Assembly (NCBI GenBank): GCA_031413115.1 | Contig: JANOEH010000170.1 | Span: 1 to 62,675 of the forward strand | DNA length: 62,675 nucleotides | Direction of reading: 5' to 3' | Source of the DNA: Candidatus Eiseniibacteriota bacterium | Lineage (GTDB): Bacteria > Eisenbacteria > RBG-16-71-46 > DASYSL01 | Part shown: one piece after another, positions 35,030 to 44,079 of the stretch | Numbering within the stretch: position 1 is the first letter of the stretch | How the letters are laid out: every line of letters begins with the position of its first letter | Translations under genes and position numbers: made by a program | The notes under the pieces: generated by a model | Told to the model about the DNA's origin: nothing | Databases searched by the model: none | Seen by the model: the letters and a program-made list of their open reading frames with translations, nothing else

Positions 35030-35053
35030 AATTACTCAACGCATTGAGTAATT
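35030..35053. promoter_or_regulatory. perfect 10-bp inverted repeat AATTACTCAA-cgca-TTGAGTAATT in an AT-rich patch (operator candidate)
   Basis: The repeat sits 68-91 bp upstream of the decarboxylase ATG (34962) and abuts the stop of the PIG-L gene (35054-35056). A third TTACTCA half-site is at 35054-35060. Local GC is about one third, against about 70% for the window. Confidence 0.4.
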
Positions 35054-35941
35054 TTACTCACTGATTCGACGGACGGGATGGGATCGAATGTCCGCCGGAG
35101 TGTGCCCCAGAGAGATCGGGCTGTCGAGCCGCAGCCCCGCGAACAGGTCGTCCTCGCGGGCGCGCCCGCCGTTCACGGTCGAGAACACGCGATAGAACGT
35201 CTGCCAGCCCCATAGCCCCTCGTGATGCTCGGGCGAGAGGGCCCCGAGTCCGGCGTAGTTCGCCACCTGCGAGTCGTGGCACAGGACCGCCTGCCAAACG
35301 ATGGGCCACCAGGCCCGGGTGTCCACGCGCGTCGACAGTTGCCACTCGGGCCAGGGGTTCGCCTGGCGCTCGACGCCGTCGACCATGGAGGTGAGTTTCT
35401 TGAACGCCTCCTGGTACGCGCCCCACGCCTCGGCCGGCCACGCCATGAAGTAGAACTTGGCGACCGCGTGCGGCGGCTCGCCCGGATGCGCGGGATCGGC
35501 GGCGGCGACCACCGCCGCGGCGGTGAGCTGCGCGATCGCGACGTGATCCGGGTGACCGTAGCCGCCGTCCTGCGCGAACGTGACGACGACCTGCGGGCGG
35601 ATGCGTCGCACGTGCTCGGCAATGCGCGCGATGGCCTCGCGCGGATCGGCGTCGTCGAGCTTGCCGTCGACATAGCCGAGCAGGTGGACTTCGCCCACGC
35701 CGAGAACATGGGCGGCGCTCCGCAGTTCCGCCTCGCGGATCGCGGCGAGGCGCTCGGGGCCGGGGTGCCCTGGATCGCCCGTCCGCAGGTCGCGGAACCG
35801 TCCGCTCTGCCCGTGCGTCGCCGTGACGAGGTACGTCTCGACACCCTCGGCCGCGCAGCGCGCGAGCGTGCCGCCCAGACCGAGCGTTTCGTCGTCGGGG
35901 TGGGCGAGAACGGCGAGCAGGCGAAGGGGCGGCGCGGTCAT
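35054..35941 (-). CDS. PIG-L/LmbE-family N-acetylglucosaminyl deacetylase
   Basis: 295 aa. LAVLAHPDDETLGLGG (the AHPDDE zinc-site motif) and GYGHPDHVA are present. Confidence 0.85.
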   Translation of the reverse strand: MTAPPLRLLAVLAHPDDETLGLGGTLARCAAEGVETYLVTATHGQSGRFRDLRTGDPGHPGPERLAAIREAELRSAAHVLGVGEVHLLGYVDGKLDDADPREAIARIAEHVRRIRPQVVVTFAQDGGYGHPDHVAIAQLTAAAVVAAADPAHPGEPPHAVAKFYFMAWPAEAWGAYQEAFKKLTSMVDGVERQANPWPEWQLSTRVDTRAWWPIVWQAVLCHDSQVANYAGLGALSPEHHEGLWGWQTFYRVFSTVNGGRAREDDLFAGLRLDSPISLGHTPADIRSHPVRRISE

Positions 35942-36077
35942 GGCCCGGGCATCATGCCGCAGGAACGCCGCGCGGTCGAGTTCGGCGGCGCGGCTTGCGG
36001 CCCCGCCGGGTCACCCCTAGACTGTGCCCGAGCCCCGCGTGGATGCGCCGCGCGGGCGCACCCCTCCGGAGGATTCG

Positions 36078-37685
36078 ATGACCCCCGCCGCCAGCAGCAC
36101 GACCGGGCGCCTGGCCCCCGTCAGCCTCGACACGCTCCCACCCTACGCGCCGACGACGTACCTCGACTTCGCGCAACCCGAGCATCGCGCCGCGTTCGAG
36201 GCCGCGCTGGCCGAGGTGAAGGCGCAGCTCGGCCGCACCTACCCGCTGGTCATCGGCGGCGAGCGCATCGACGGCGACGAGAAGCCGTTCGACTCGACGA
36301 ACCCGGCCCGCCCGTCCGAGGTGATCGGCCGCTTCGCCTCGGCCAGCCGCGCCCAGGCCGAGCGTGCGATCGAGGTTGCGCACGAGGCGTTCGCGAGGTG
36401 GTCGCGCGTGCCCGCGGCCGAGCGCGCGGCGTACGTGATCGAGGCGGCGCGGCGCATGCGCGAGCGGCGGAACGTGTTCTCGGCCTGGATGGTGCTCGAG
36501 GTCGGCAAGTCGTGGGGCGAGGCCGACGCCGACACCGGTGAGGCGATCGACTTCCTCGAGTTCTACGCCCGCGAGATGCTGCGTTACGACCAGCCGGTGC
36601 CGCTGACCCAGCTCCCCGGCGAACGCGACACGCAGGTCTACCTGCCGCTCGGCGTGGGCGCGATCATCCCGCCGTGGAACTTTCCGCTCGCCATCTGCGT
36701 CGGCATGGCGAGTGCGGCGATCGTCACCGGCAACACCGTCGTGGTCAAGCCTGCGTCGGACTCGCCGGCGATTGCCTGGCAGTTCCACGCGCTGATGGAC
36801 GAGGTCGGCCTGCCGCCCGGCGTGTTCAACTTCCTCACCGGCGGCGGCGCCACCGCGGGCGACGCGATCGTGCGCCACGCGAAGACGCGCTTCGTGTCGT
36901 TCACCGGCTCGAAGGCCGTCGGCATCGGCATCAACCGGCTCGCCGCCGAGGTGCAGCCCGGGCAGATCTGGCTCAAGCGCGTCGTCGCCGAGATGGGCGG
37001 CAAGGACGCGATCATCGTCGACGAGGAGGCCGACCTCGACGCCGCCGTCGAGGGCGTCGCGCTGTCGGCGTTCGGCTTCAGCGGACAGAAGTGCTCGGCG
37101 TGCTCGCGCGCCATCGTGGCGCGGCCGATCTACGACGAATTCGTGACCAAGCTGCAGGCCCGCGTGAACCGGGTGAACGTGGGCGAGCCCGACAAGTACG
37201 GCGTGTACATGGGCCCGGTGTCGAGCAAGCGCGCCTACGAGGGGATCCTGCGCTACGTGGAGACGGGGAAGAAGGAAGGCCGCCTGCTCAACGGCGGCGG
37301 CCCGGTGCCCGGCACGGACGGGTACTTCGTGCAGCCGACGGTGATCGCGGACGTCGCGCCGAACGCGACCATCGCGCAGGAGGAGATCTTCGGACCCGTG
37401 CTCGCGGTCATCCCGGTCGCCGACTTCGACGAGGCGCTCGCCGTGGCGAACGGCACCGTGTACGGGCTGACGGGCGCGGTGTTCACGAAGAACCCGCAGA
37501 AGATCGAGCGCGCCAAGCGCGAGTTCTTCGTCGGCAATCTGTACATCAACAGGAAGTGCACCGGCGCGATCGTCGGCGCCCATCCGTTCGGCGGCTTCAA
37601 CATGAGCGGCACGGATTCGAAGGCGGGCGGGCGCGACTACCTGCTGCTGTTCCTGCAGGCCAAGTCGATCGCGGAGAAGGTCTAG
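36078..37685 (+). CDS. L-glutamate gamma-semialdehyde (1-pyrroline-5-carboxylate) dehydrogenase, aldehyde dehydrogenase superfamily
   Basis: The ATG at 36078 is preceded by GGAGGA and gives 535 aa. Motifs seen: EMGGKDAIIVD, FGFSGQKCSACSR (catalytic Cys), EEIFGPV. The N-terminus (YPLVIGGERIDGDEKPFDSTNPARPSEVIG) is of the RocA/PruA type. Confidence 0.85.
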   Translation: MTPAASSTTGRLAPVSLDTLPPYAPTTYLDFAQPEHRAAFEAALAEVKAQLGRTYPLVIGGERIDGDEKPFDSTNPARPSEVIGRFASASRAQAERAIEVAHEAFARWSRVPAAERAAYVIEAARRMRERRNVFSAWMVLEVGKSWGEADADTGEAIDFLEFYAREMLRYDQPVPLTQLPGERDTQVYLPLGVGAIIPPWNFPLAICVGMASAAIVTGNTVVVKPASDSPAIAWQFHALMDEVGLPPGVFNFLTGGGATAGDAIVRHAKTRFVSFTGSKAVGIGINRLAAEVQPGQIWLKRVVAEMGGKDAIIVDEEADLDAAVEGVALSAFGFSGQKCSACSRAIVARPIYDEFVTKLQARVNRVNVGEPDKYGVYMGPVSSKRAYEGILRYVETGKKEGRLLNGGGPVPGTDGYFVQPTVIADVAPNATIAQEEIFGPVLAVIPVADFDEALAVANGTVYGLTGAVFTKNPQKIERAKREFFVGNLYINRKCTGAIVGAHPFGGFNMSGTDSKAGGRDYLLLFLQAKSIAEKV

Positions 37686-38851
37686 CCTTCGTCGGACCAG
37701 TCCGAGTCGTCGATGGCGGAGACGCGCCCCTCGCGCACCTCGACGCGCTGGAGCGTGACGCCCAGCTGGTTGCGATAGCGGCGCACCAGCCGCTGCTCGC
37801 CCGGCGTCACCAGCGTGATCGCCACACCGGCGGCCCCGGCGCGGGCGGTTCGCCCCACGCGGTGCAGGTACACCTTGCTCTGCGCCGGCACGTCGAGGTT
37901 GAAGACGTGCGTCACGCCCTTGATATCGAGCCCACGCGCGCCCACGTCCGACGCCAGCAACACGCGCACCGCGCCGCTGCGGAAGTCGTCCATCGCCCGC
38001 TTGCGCGTCAGCTTGTCGAGCGCGGCGCTCAGGTCGGCGGCCGGGATCTTGTGATGCGCCAGCTTGGTGGCGACCTGCTCGGCCGTGTCCGCGCGGTCGG
38101 CGAAGACCATCGCGCGCTCGGGCGCGAGCGCATGGAGCAGCTTGCGCAGCACGTCGGGCTTGTCGCGCTCCTCGCAGACGATGAAGAGATGCTCGATGTT
38201 CTCGTTCACCGCCGCCACGCCGGCCTCGAGCAGGACGAGATTCGGCGCGAACGTCGCAATCGTGTCGCGAGTCTTCTGGTCGTGCGTAGCCGAGGCGAAG
38301 ATCAGCTGGCGATCGCGCGGCGCCGCCTCGAGGATCGCCCGGACGACCGGCAGGCTCTCCTCGTGGACCAGGCGATCCGCCTCGTCGACGACGATGGCGC
38401 GCAGGTGCTGCGCCTTCAGCTTGCCCCTGGCGATGAGCTCCTTGATGCGTCCCGGTGAGCCGACCACCAGGTGTGGCTTCTTCTTCAGTTTCTCGAGCTG
38501 ACGATCCATCGACGTTCCGCCGATGAGCAGCAGGATGCGGATCGCCCGGCCGGAGTTCTGGGCGAGGTCGGTGCACTGGCGCTGGATCTGGATCGCGAGC
38601 TCGTGCGACGGCGCGATGATGGCAGCCTGAGTCGCGGCGAGCGTCGGGTCGATCCGGTCGAACAGGGGCAGGAGGTAGGCGAGAGTCTTTCCGGTGCCGG
38701 TCTCGGCGTGCAGGTAAGCGTCGCCGCCGGCGCGGAGCACCGGCAACGCCGCGACCTGGATCGCGGTGGGCACCGTGATCTCCTGCTTGCCCAGCGCCGC
38801 GATCAGGTCGGGGCTGACCTCGAGAGCTTCGAACGTCGTGCTAGACTGCAC
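37682..38851 (-). CDS. DEAD-box ATP-dependent RNA helicase (short form)
   Basis: 389 aa. Motifs seen: FEALEVSPDLIAALGKQEITVPTAIQ, AETGTGKTLAYLLPL, VVDEADRL, SAT, ARGLDI, HRVGRTARAG. Confidence 0.9.
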   Translation of the reverse strand: MQSSTTFEALEVSPDLIAALGKQEITVPTAIQVAALPVLRAGGDAYLHAETGTGKTLAYLLPLFDRIDPTLAATQAAIIAPSHELAIQIQRQCTDLAQNSGRAIRILLLIGGTSMDRQLEKLKKKPHLVVGSPGRIKELIARGKLKAQHLRAIVVDEADRLVHEESLPVVRAILEAAPRDRQLIFASATHDQKTRDTIATFAPNLVLLEAGVAAVNENIEHLFIVCEERDKPDVLRKLLHALAPERAMVFADRADTAEQVATKLAHHKIPAADLSAALDKLTRKRAMDDFRSGAVRVLLASDVGARGLDIKGVTHVFNLDVPAQSKVYLHRVGRTARAGAAGVAITLVTPGEQRLVRRYRNQLGVTLQRVEVREGRVSAIDDSDWSDEG

Positions 38852-38856
38852 CCGGG

Positions 38857-39429
38857 CTATCGGTAGCGCGATTTCACGCGTCCCCAGGTGGTCGGATCGA
38901 CGGGCGTCGAGCAGTAGGCGACGGGCTCACCCGCGGTCCGAGTTCCGCGCGTCACCGTCCGCCGGCACGTGTCGAGCAAGAATGCACACTCCGGGGCGAT
39001 GCCCGAGTAGTCGGTCGTCACCGTGTTGGTGATGACGTAGCTGTCCGCGGTGCGGGTGCCGTGCATCTCGATGGTGAAGTTCACGGTGCATGTGAGGATC
39101 GGACCCGTGAACGTGCAGATCTGGTCGACGGTCGTCGCAGTCGACGATCCGGTGCAGACGACGGCGAAGGGACCGCTGTCGAACGAGATCACCGTTCCCG
39201 TGCACAGGGTGTCGAGTCCCGAGTCGACGCTCAACAGGGCGCCGGTGCACTCGTAAGTCGAATCGAGATAGGTCCAGATGCCCGCCCACTCGGGCGGGAT
39301 GACGATGTCGCCCAGCATGCGGGGCAGCTCGGTGTTCCCGACGCGGAGGCCGGCCTGCGAGGGCGCCGCGAGCCCGATCGTGCCGATCAGGGCGGCGAAG
39401 ACGGTGAACAGGAGAAAGCGAGGTCTCAT
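38857..39429 (-). CDS. secreted 8-Cys hypothetical protein ending in the TWGRVKSRYR tag
   Basis: The ATG at 39429 (cat at 39427-39429) lies inside track ORF 38857..40434 and gives 190 aa. The signal peptide is MRPRFLLFTVFAALIGTIGLAAPSQA. There are eight Cys residues. The C-terminus is ...CSTPVDPTTWGRVKSRYR. Confidence 0.7.
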   Translation of the reverse strand: MRPRFLLFTVFAALIGTIGLAAPSQAGLRVGNTELPRMLGDIVIPPEWAGIWTYLDSTYECTGALLSVDSGLDTLCTGTVISFDSGPFAVVCTGSSTATTVDQICTFTGPILTCTVNFTIEMHGTRTADSYVITNTVTTDYSGIAPECAFLLDTCRRTVTRGTRTAGEPVAYCSTPVDPTTWGRVKSRYR

Positions 39430-39516
39430 GGGGAATCTCCGGAAGTCAACGAAGAGCGGGGGGAGACCGTGGGGCTTCGCCCGCGAAGGTACGCCCCGTC
39501 GGCCGGAGAGTCCAGC

Positions 39517-40161
39517 GTGACCCGCGGCGCCCCGGTCGAGCCCCCCCGTATCCTGCTGTTTCACAAGCCCTACGGGGTCCTCACCCAGTTCACCGATGCG
39601 TCCGGCCGCCCCACCCTGGCCGACTACGTGCGCGAGCCGGGCCTCTACGCCGCCGGTCGTCTCGACGCCGACAGCGAAGGCCTGCTGGTGCTCACCAGCA
39701 CCGCGTGGGTGAAGTCCCGGCTCATGGATCCGGCGCACGAGACACCGAAGACGTACTGGGCGCAGGTCGAGGTGGCTCCCGGCGTGGAAATCGAGACCGC
39801 ACTGGCTCAGCTTCGCGCGGGCGTCGAGCTGTCCGACGGACCGACCCGCCCCGCGCGGACCCGCCGACTCGATCCCGACGCCACGGGCGGGCCACACGCC
39901 GCGCCCGGGCTGGTCGGCCTGCCCCGGCGCGAGCCCCCGGTCCAGCCGCGCGCCGGGCGCGAGACGGCATGGATCGAACTCACGATCACCGAGGGACGAA
40001 ACCGCCAGGTGCGTCGCATGGGCGCCGCGGTGGGCCTCCCGACGCTGCGCCTGATCCGCGTCGGCGTGGGACCGTGGAAACTGGACGGATTGGCCTCGGG
40101 CTCCTTCCGGCGAGTCGATGGCATTCCCGCAGAGCTGTTTCGCCGCGCACGGCGTGCCTGA
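39517..40161 (+). CDS. RsuA/RluE-family pseudouridine synthase (no S4 domain)
   Basis: The GTG at 39517 is in frame with track ORF 39061..40161 and gives 214 aa. Motifs seen: ILLFHKPYGVLTQF, the catalytic AAGRLDADSEGLLVLT, and TITEGRNRQVRRM. Confidence 0.8.
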   Translation: MTRGAPVEPPRILLFHKPYGVLTQFTDASGRPTLADYVREPGLYAAGRLDADSEGLLVLTSTAWVKSRLMDPAHETPKTYWAQVEVAPGVEIETALAQLRAGVELSDGPTRPARTRRLDPDATGGPHAAPGLVGLPRREPPVQPRAGRETAWIELTITEGRNRQVRRMGAAVGLPTLRLIRVGVGPWKLDGLASGSFRRVDGIPAELFRRARRA

Positions 40162-40168
40162 GCCGCGC

Positions 40169-41281
40169 ATGTCCGCTCTGTTCTCGCCGCTCACGCTCCG
40201 CGACCTGACGTTTCGCAATCGCATCTTCGTCTCGCCGATGTGCCAGTACTCGAGCGAGGACGGCATGCCGACGCCATGGCACCTCGTGCACCTGGGCAGC
40301 CGTGCCGTCGGCGGCGCGGGGCTCGTAATGGTCGAGGCGACGGCGATCACGCCGGAGGGTCGCATCTCGCCCGCCGACAGTGGGCTCTGGTCCCCCGCGC
40401 ACGCCGCCGCATTCCGCCCGATCGTCGAGTTCATCCATGGGCAGGGTGCGGTGGCCGGGATTCAGCTCGCGCACGCCGGCCGCAAGGCGTCGACGCGCAC
40501 GCCGTGGGACCCCGCCGGCGCCGGACGACCGATCCCGCCCGAGGATCCAGGCGGCTGGCGCACCGTCGCGCCGAGCGCCGTGCCGTTCCGCGACGGCGAT
40601 CCCATTCCCCATGCGCTGGGCGAGGCCGAGCTCGACGACGTCGTCGCTTCGTTCGTGCGCAGCGCACGCCTCGCCCTCGACGCCGGCTTCCGCGTCATCG
40701 AGCTGCACATGGCGCACGGCTACCTGCTCAACGAATTCCTGTCGCCGCTGTCGAACCGGCGCAGCGATGCCTGCGGCGGCGACTTCGCGGGTCGCACACG
40801 ACTGCCGCTGCGCGTCACCGCGGCGGTGCGCGAAGCGTGGCCCGCCGGGCTGCCGCTGTTCGTCCGCATCTCTGCGAGCGACTGGGCCGAGGGTGGATGG
40901 ACGATCGACGACTCGGTCGCCTTCACCCGGCTGCTGAAGCAGAACGGCGTCGACCTCGTCGACTGCTCGAGCGGCGGACTCGTTCCGTGGGCGAAGATCG
41001 AGGTCGGTCCGGGGTACCAGGTGCCCTTCGCGCGGGCCGTGCGCGCCGGCGCCGGCATCGCCACCGGCGCGGTGGGCCTCATCACCGAGCCGGTGCAGGC
41101 CGAGGACATCGTCGCCTCCGGAGCGGCAGACGCGGTCCTGCTGGCGCGCAAGCTGCTGGCCGATCCTTACTGGCCGATCCACGCCGCTGCGACACTGGGC
41201 GCGGACGTGGCGTGGCCGCGGCAGTACGGGCGCGCCCGGCCTACGGCTCCTGCTGCGCCGGACGGATCACGATCTCGTTGA
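40169..41281 (+). CDS. NADH:flavin oxidoreductase, Old Yellow Enzyme family (YqjM/NamA-like)
   Basis: The ATG is at 40169. Motifs seen: LRDLTFRNRIFVSPMCQY, IQLAHAGRKAS, IELHMAHGYLLNEFLSPLSN. The 3' end overlaps the convergent SDR gene by 41 bp. Confidence 0.9.
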   Translation: MSALFSPLTLRDLTFRNRIFVSPMCQYSSEDGMPTPWHLVHLGSRAVGGAGLVMVEATAITPEGRISPADSGLWSPAHAAAFRPIVEFIHGQGAVAGIQLAHAGRKASTRTPWDPAGAGRPIPPEDPGGWRTVAPSAVPFRDGDPIPHALGEAELDDVVASFVRSARLALDAGFRVIELHMAHGYLLNEFLSPLSNRRSDACGGDFAGRTRLPLRVTAAVREAWPAGLPLFVRISASDWAEGGWTIDDSVAFTRLLKQNGVDLVDCSSGGLVPWAKIEVGPGYQVPFARAVRAGAGIATGAVGLITEPVQAEDIVASGAADAVLLARKLLADPYWPIHAAATLGADVAWPRQYGRARPTAPAAPDGSRSR

Positions 41282-41981
41282 GCGCCACGTGGGCCGGGCG
41301 CGTGACCGCGAAGGCGATCGCGTCGGCCACGTCGGCAGAATCGAGTGGCCGGATCGCGGCCATGAAGTCGCGGGAGCGCTTCTGCATCGCCGGATCGGGC
41401 ACGTGGTCGACCAGTTCACTGATGACGAACCCCGGCGACACGACGGTGACGCGGATGCCCACGGAAGCGCCTTCCTTGCGGATCGACTCGGAGAACGCGT
41501 TCACCGCGGCCTTGCTCGCCGCATAGGCCGACGCGCCGGGGTTCCGGATCGTCGCCGCGACCGACGAGACGTTGACGATGTGCCCCGCTCCCTGCTCCTT
41601 CATCAGCGGCCACGCGGCGTGCGTCGCGTTCATCAGCGCGAGCACGTTGAGCTCGAGCATGCGCCGCCAGTCCTCGGCGGTCGCCGCGGCCAGCGTCGCG
41701 TTGAGCATCACGCCGGCGTTGTTCACCAGGATGTCGAGCCGCCCGGCTCGCGCGTGCGCGGCCTCCACGACGCGGCGCGCCTCGCCCTCTGCGACCAGGT
41801 CGCTTTCGATCGCGAACGCGCCGGCGCCGAGCTGCGGCACGAGCGTCGCCAGTCGATCGGCCCGTCGTGCGACGACGACGACGCGCGCACCCGCGGCGGC
41901 CAGCGCCAGCGCGGTCGCCTCGCCGATCCCCGACGATGCTCCGGTGACGAGCGCGACGCGGCCGACCAGCGCGCCCCTCAC
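41241..41981 (-). CDS. short-chain dehydrogenase/reductase (SDR)
   Basis: The GTG at 41981 lies inside track ORF 41241..42227 and gives 246 aa. Motifs seen: VALVTGASSGIGEATA, NNAG, YAASKAAVNAF. Confidence 0.85.
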   Translation of the reverse strand: MRGALVGRVALVTGASSGIGEATALALAAAGARVVVVARRADRLATLVPQLGAGAFAIESDLVAEGEARRVVEAAHARAGRLDILVNNAGVMLNATLAAATAEDWRRMLELNVLALMNATHAAWPLMKEQGAGHIVNVSSVAATIRNPGASAYAASKAAVNAFSESIRKEGASVGIRVTVVSPGFVISELVDHVPDPAMQKRSRDFMAAIRPLDSADVADAIAFAVTRPAHVALNEIVIRPAQQEP

Positions 41982-42334
41982 GCCTTCTTCCCGGCGCGCA
42001 GCTTGGTCACGATCCACAGCGCGAGCGTCCACGACGGGATGAAGTTCGCGATGGGCACGAGCTCGGTCACGAATGCCGGCAGGAACGCGACATGGAAGCC
42101 CATCCAGCGAACGAGCAGGAACCCGACCAGGAGGTCGAGACCCACGTTCCACGGCGCGAGGCCGCCCCAGGCGAACAGCGGGAAGAGCCCCCACTGCAGC
42201 ACGTCGGCGGCGATCGCGACGAACCACGCCCGCCGCGTCTGCCAGGCTTCCTTCGCCAGGCCCGCGGCGCCGGCGTTCGCGGTCCGCGCCGGCGGCACCG
42301 GCTCGGTCTCGAGAATTTCGGGTTCGTCACTCAC
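41978..42334 (-). CDS. small membrane protein, unknown function
   Basis: 118 aa with three hydrophobic segments (WFVAIAADVLQWGLFPLFAWGGL, LDLLVGFLLVRWMGFHVAFLPAFV, IPSWTLALWIV). Its stop overlaps the SDR GTG start (GTGA). Confidence 0.5.
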   Translation of the reverse strand: MSDEPEILETEPVPPARTANAGAAGLAKEAWQTRRAWFVAIAADVLQWGLFPLFAWGGLAPWNVGLDLLVGFLLVRWMGFHVAFLPAFVTELVPIANFIPSWTLALWIVTKLRAGKKA

Positions 42335-42538
42335 GGCATCGCCTCCGGCCAGGTTCCTGCGCTGTGGATCCGCTGCTCGATGACTTGCTCAACCTACCAT
42401 CCGGCGCGACGGCGCGCGATCCCACCCATGGGACCCGATGGCAGCGGCGACAGAAGCCTCTTGCCTGCCCCCGGGGTGGGAGTAGGCTCGACGCTGCAGG
42501 ATGATTCCCGGTTCCGGAACACGACGAGGAGGCAAGGC

Positions 42539-42742
42539 ATGGCAGAGCAAGGCGGCGGCGGAAGCTCGGTCAACGTGGTGGCGATCATCGCCATCCTCAT
42601 TCTGGTCGGATTGGCGGCCTGGTTCTTCATGGGGCAGAAGCCTCGTCCGGCCGCGACAACTGCGCCACCGGCGGCAACCGAGCAGAAGTCGGACATCGAG
42701 GTGAAGATCGACCTGCCCGACTCGGTGATCATCAAGCCCTGA
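42539..42742 (+). CDS. small single-pass membrane protein (67 aa)
   Basis: GAGGAGG lies 7 nt upstream of the ATG at 42539. Translation: MAEQGGGGSSVNVVAIIAILILVGLAAWFFMGQKPRPAATTAPP... Confidence 0.45.
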   Translation: MAEQGGGGSSVNVVAIIAILILVGLAAWFFMGQKPRPAATTAPPAATEQKSDIEVKIDLPDSVIIKP

Positions 42743-42810
42743 GCGCGGGCCGCGCCGGCGGGTGGTCCGTGGGTGCCCACCCACGGCGCCATTCGTCGTG
42801 CGCCGCCCGT

Positions 42811-44079
42811 CTACTCGGAGCGCAACGCTTCGATCGGGTCCAGTTGCGAGGCCCGGATCGCCGGCAGCGTGCCGAAGGCGATCCCGATGATCGAGCAGAA
42901 GACCAGCCCGATCACCGCCCACTCCAGCGGGACGCGCGGCTCGAAGTCCGTGAAGACCGCGACCAGGTTGCCCAGGCCGAAGCCGATCAGCACGCCGACG
43001 ACCCCGCCGATGTTGCACAGGATGACGGCTTCGAGCAGGAACTGCGTCCGGATGGTCGAGGCCTTCGCCCCGAGCGCCTTGCACAGGCCGATCTCCCGCG
43101 TCCGTTCGGTCACGGCGACCAGCATGATGTTCATGATGCCGATCCCGGCGACGATCAGCGCGACGATGCCGATCACGAAGGCCGCGAGCTTCAGTCCGGC
43201 GCTCATCTTGTTGAACTGCGTGATCAGGCTCGCGCTGCTGAAGAAGTCGAAGTTGTCCTCCTCCCCAGGTCGGACACCGCGCTCCCGTCGGAGGACCTGC
43301 CGGGTCTGCTCCATCGCGTCGTCGACGAGCTGCGGCGTCTTCGCCCGCACCGTGATGTTCACCGAGCGGGCCTGGCCCCCCCGGTCCGTCGGGCCGTAGA
43401 CGTTCTGGAACGTCGTGACCGGGATGAGCACGTAGTTGTCGTAGTTGCCGCCGAACGCGGATTTCTTCTCGTCGAAGACCCCGACCACCCGGTACTTCCG
43501 ACGGTCGACCAGGACGTCGCGTCCGACCGGATCGATGAACGGAAACAGCTTCTTCGCGATCGCGTGGCCGATGACCGCGACCTTGCCGGCGCTGCGCACG
43601 TCCATCGGCGAGAGGTTGCGCCCCAACCCGACGTCGTGCGTGTTGTTCGGTGCGTATTCGGGAGTGCCGCCGACGATGGAGACGTTCGGGTTCGTCGATT
43701 CGCCCTTGTACTCGACGACGAAGCCGAAGTCCCACAGCTCGGAGCCCACGAGGTCGACCGTGGGGACCTCGTTCCGGATGGCCGCGGCTTCGTCGAGCGT
43801 GAGCGGCGGCCGGAGCATCGCGCGCCGACGCTGGGCGTCCGATGCGAATCCCCCCGCCGGCCACTTCTGGGCCTGGAACACCTGCGTGCCGAGGACGCTC
43901 ATCTCCTGTTCCATCGTCGCCTGGACGAGGGCGAGGGCCGTCATGACGGCGATGATCGAGGCGACCCCCGCGACGATCCCGAGGAGGGTCAGCGCCGAGC
44001 GCAGGCGGTTCGCCGCCAGTGCCCGGACCGACATCGACAGGAGTTCACGCCACTGCACCGGCCGCCCCTCCCTTCTCAT
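42811..44079 (-). CDS. MacB/FtsX-type ABC transporter permease (no ATPase domain)
   Basis: 422 aa. It has an N-terminal TM segment (LRSALTLLGIVAGVASIIAV), a large periplasmic domain, and a C-terminal FtsX three-TM bundle (TERTREIGLCKALGAK). Confidence 0.9.
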   Translation of the reverse strand: MRREGRPVQWRELLSMSVRALAANRLRSALTLLGIVAGVASIIAVMTALALVQATMEQEMSVLGTQVFQAQKWPAGGFASDAQRRRAMLRPPLTLDEAAAIRNEVPTVDLVGSELWDFGFVVEYKGESTNPNVSIVGGTPEYAPNNTHDVGLGRNLSPMDVRSAGKVAVIGHAIAKKLFPFIDPVGRDVLVDRRKYRVVGVFDEKKSAFGGNYDNYVLIPVTTFQNVYGPTDRGGQARSVNITVRAKTPQLVDDAMEQTRQVLRRERGVRPGEEDNFDFFSSASLITQFNKMSAGLKLAAFVIGIVALIVAGIGIMNIMLVAVTERTREIGLCKALGAKASTIRTQFLLEAVILCNIGGVVGVLIGFGLGNLVAVFTDFEPRVPLEWAVIGLVFCSIIGIAFGTLPAIRASQLDPIEALRSE

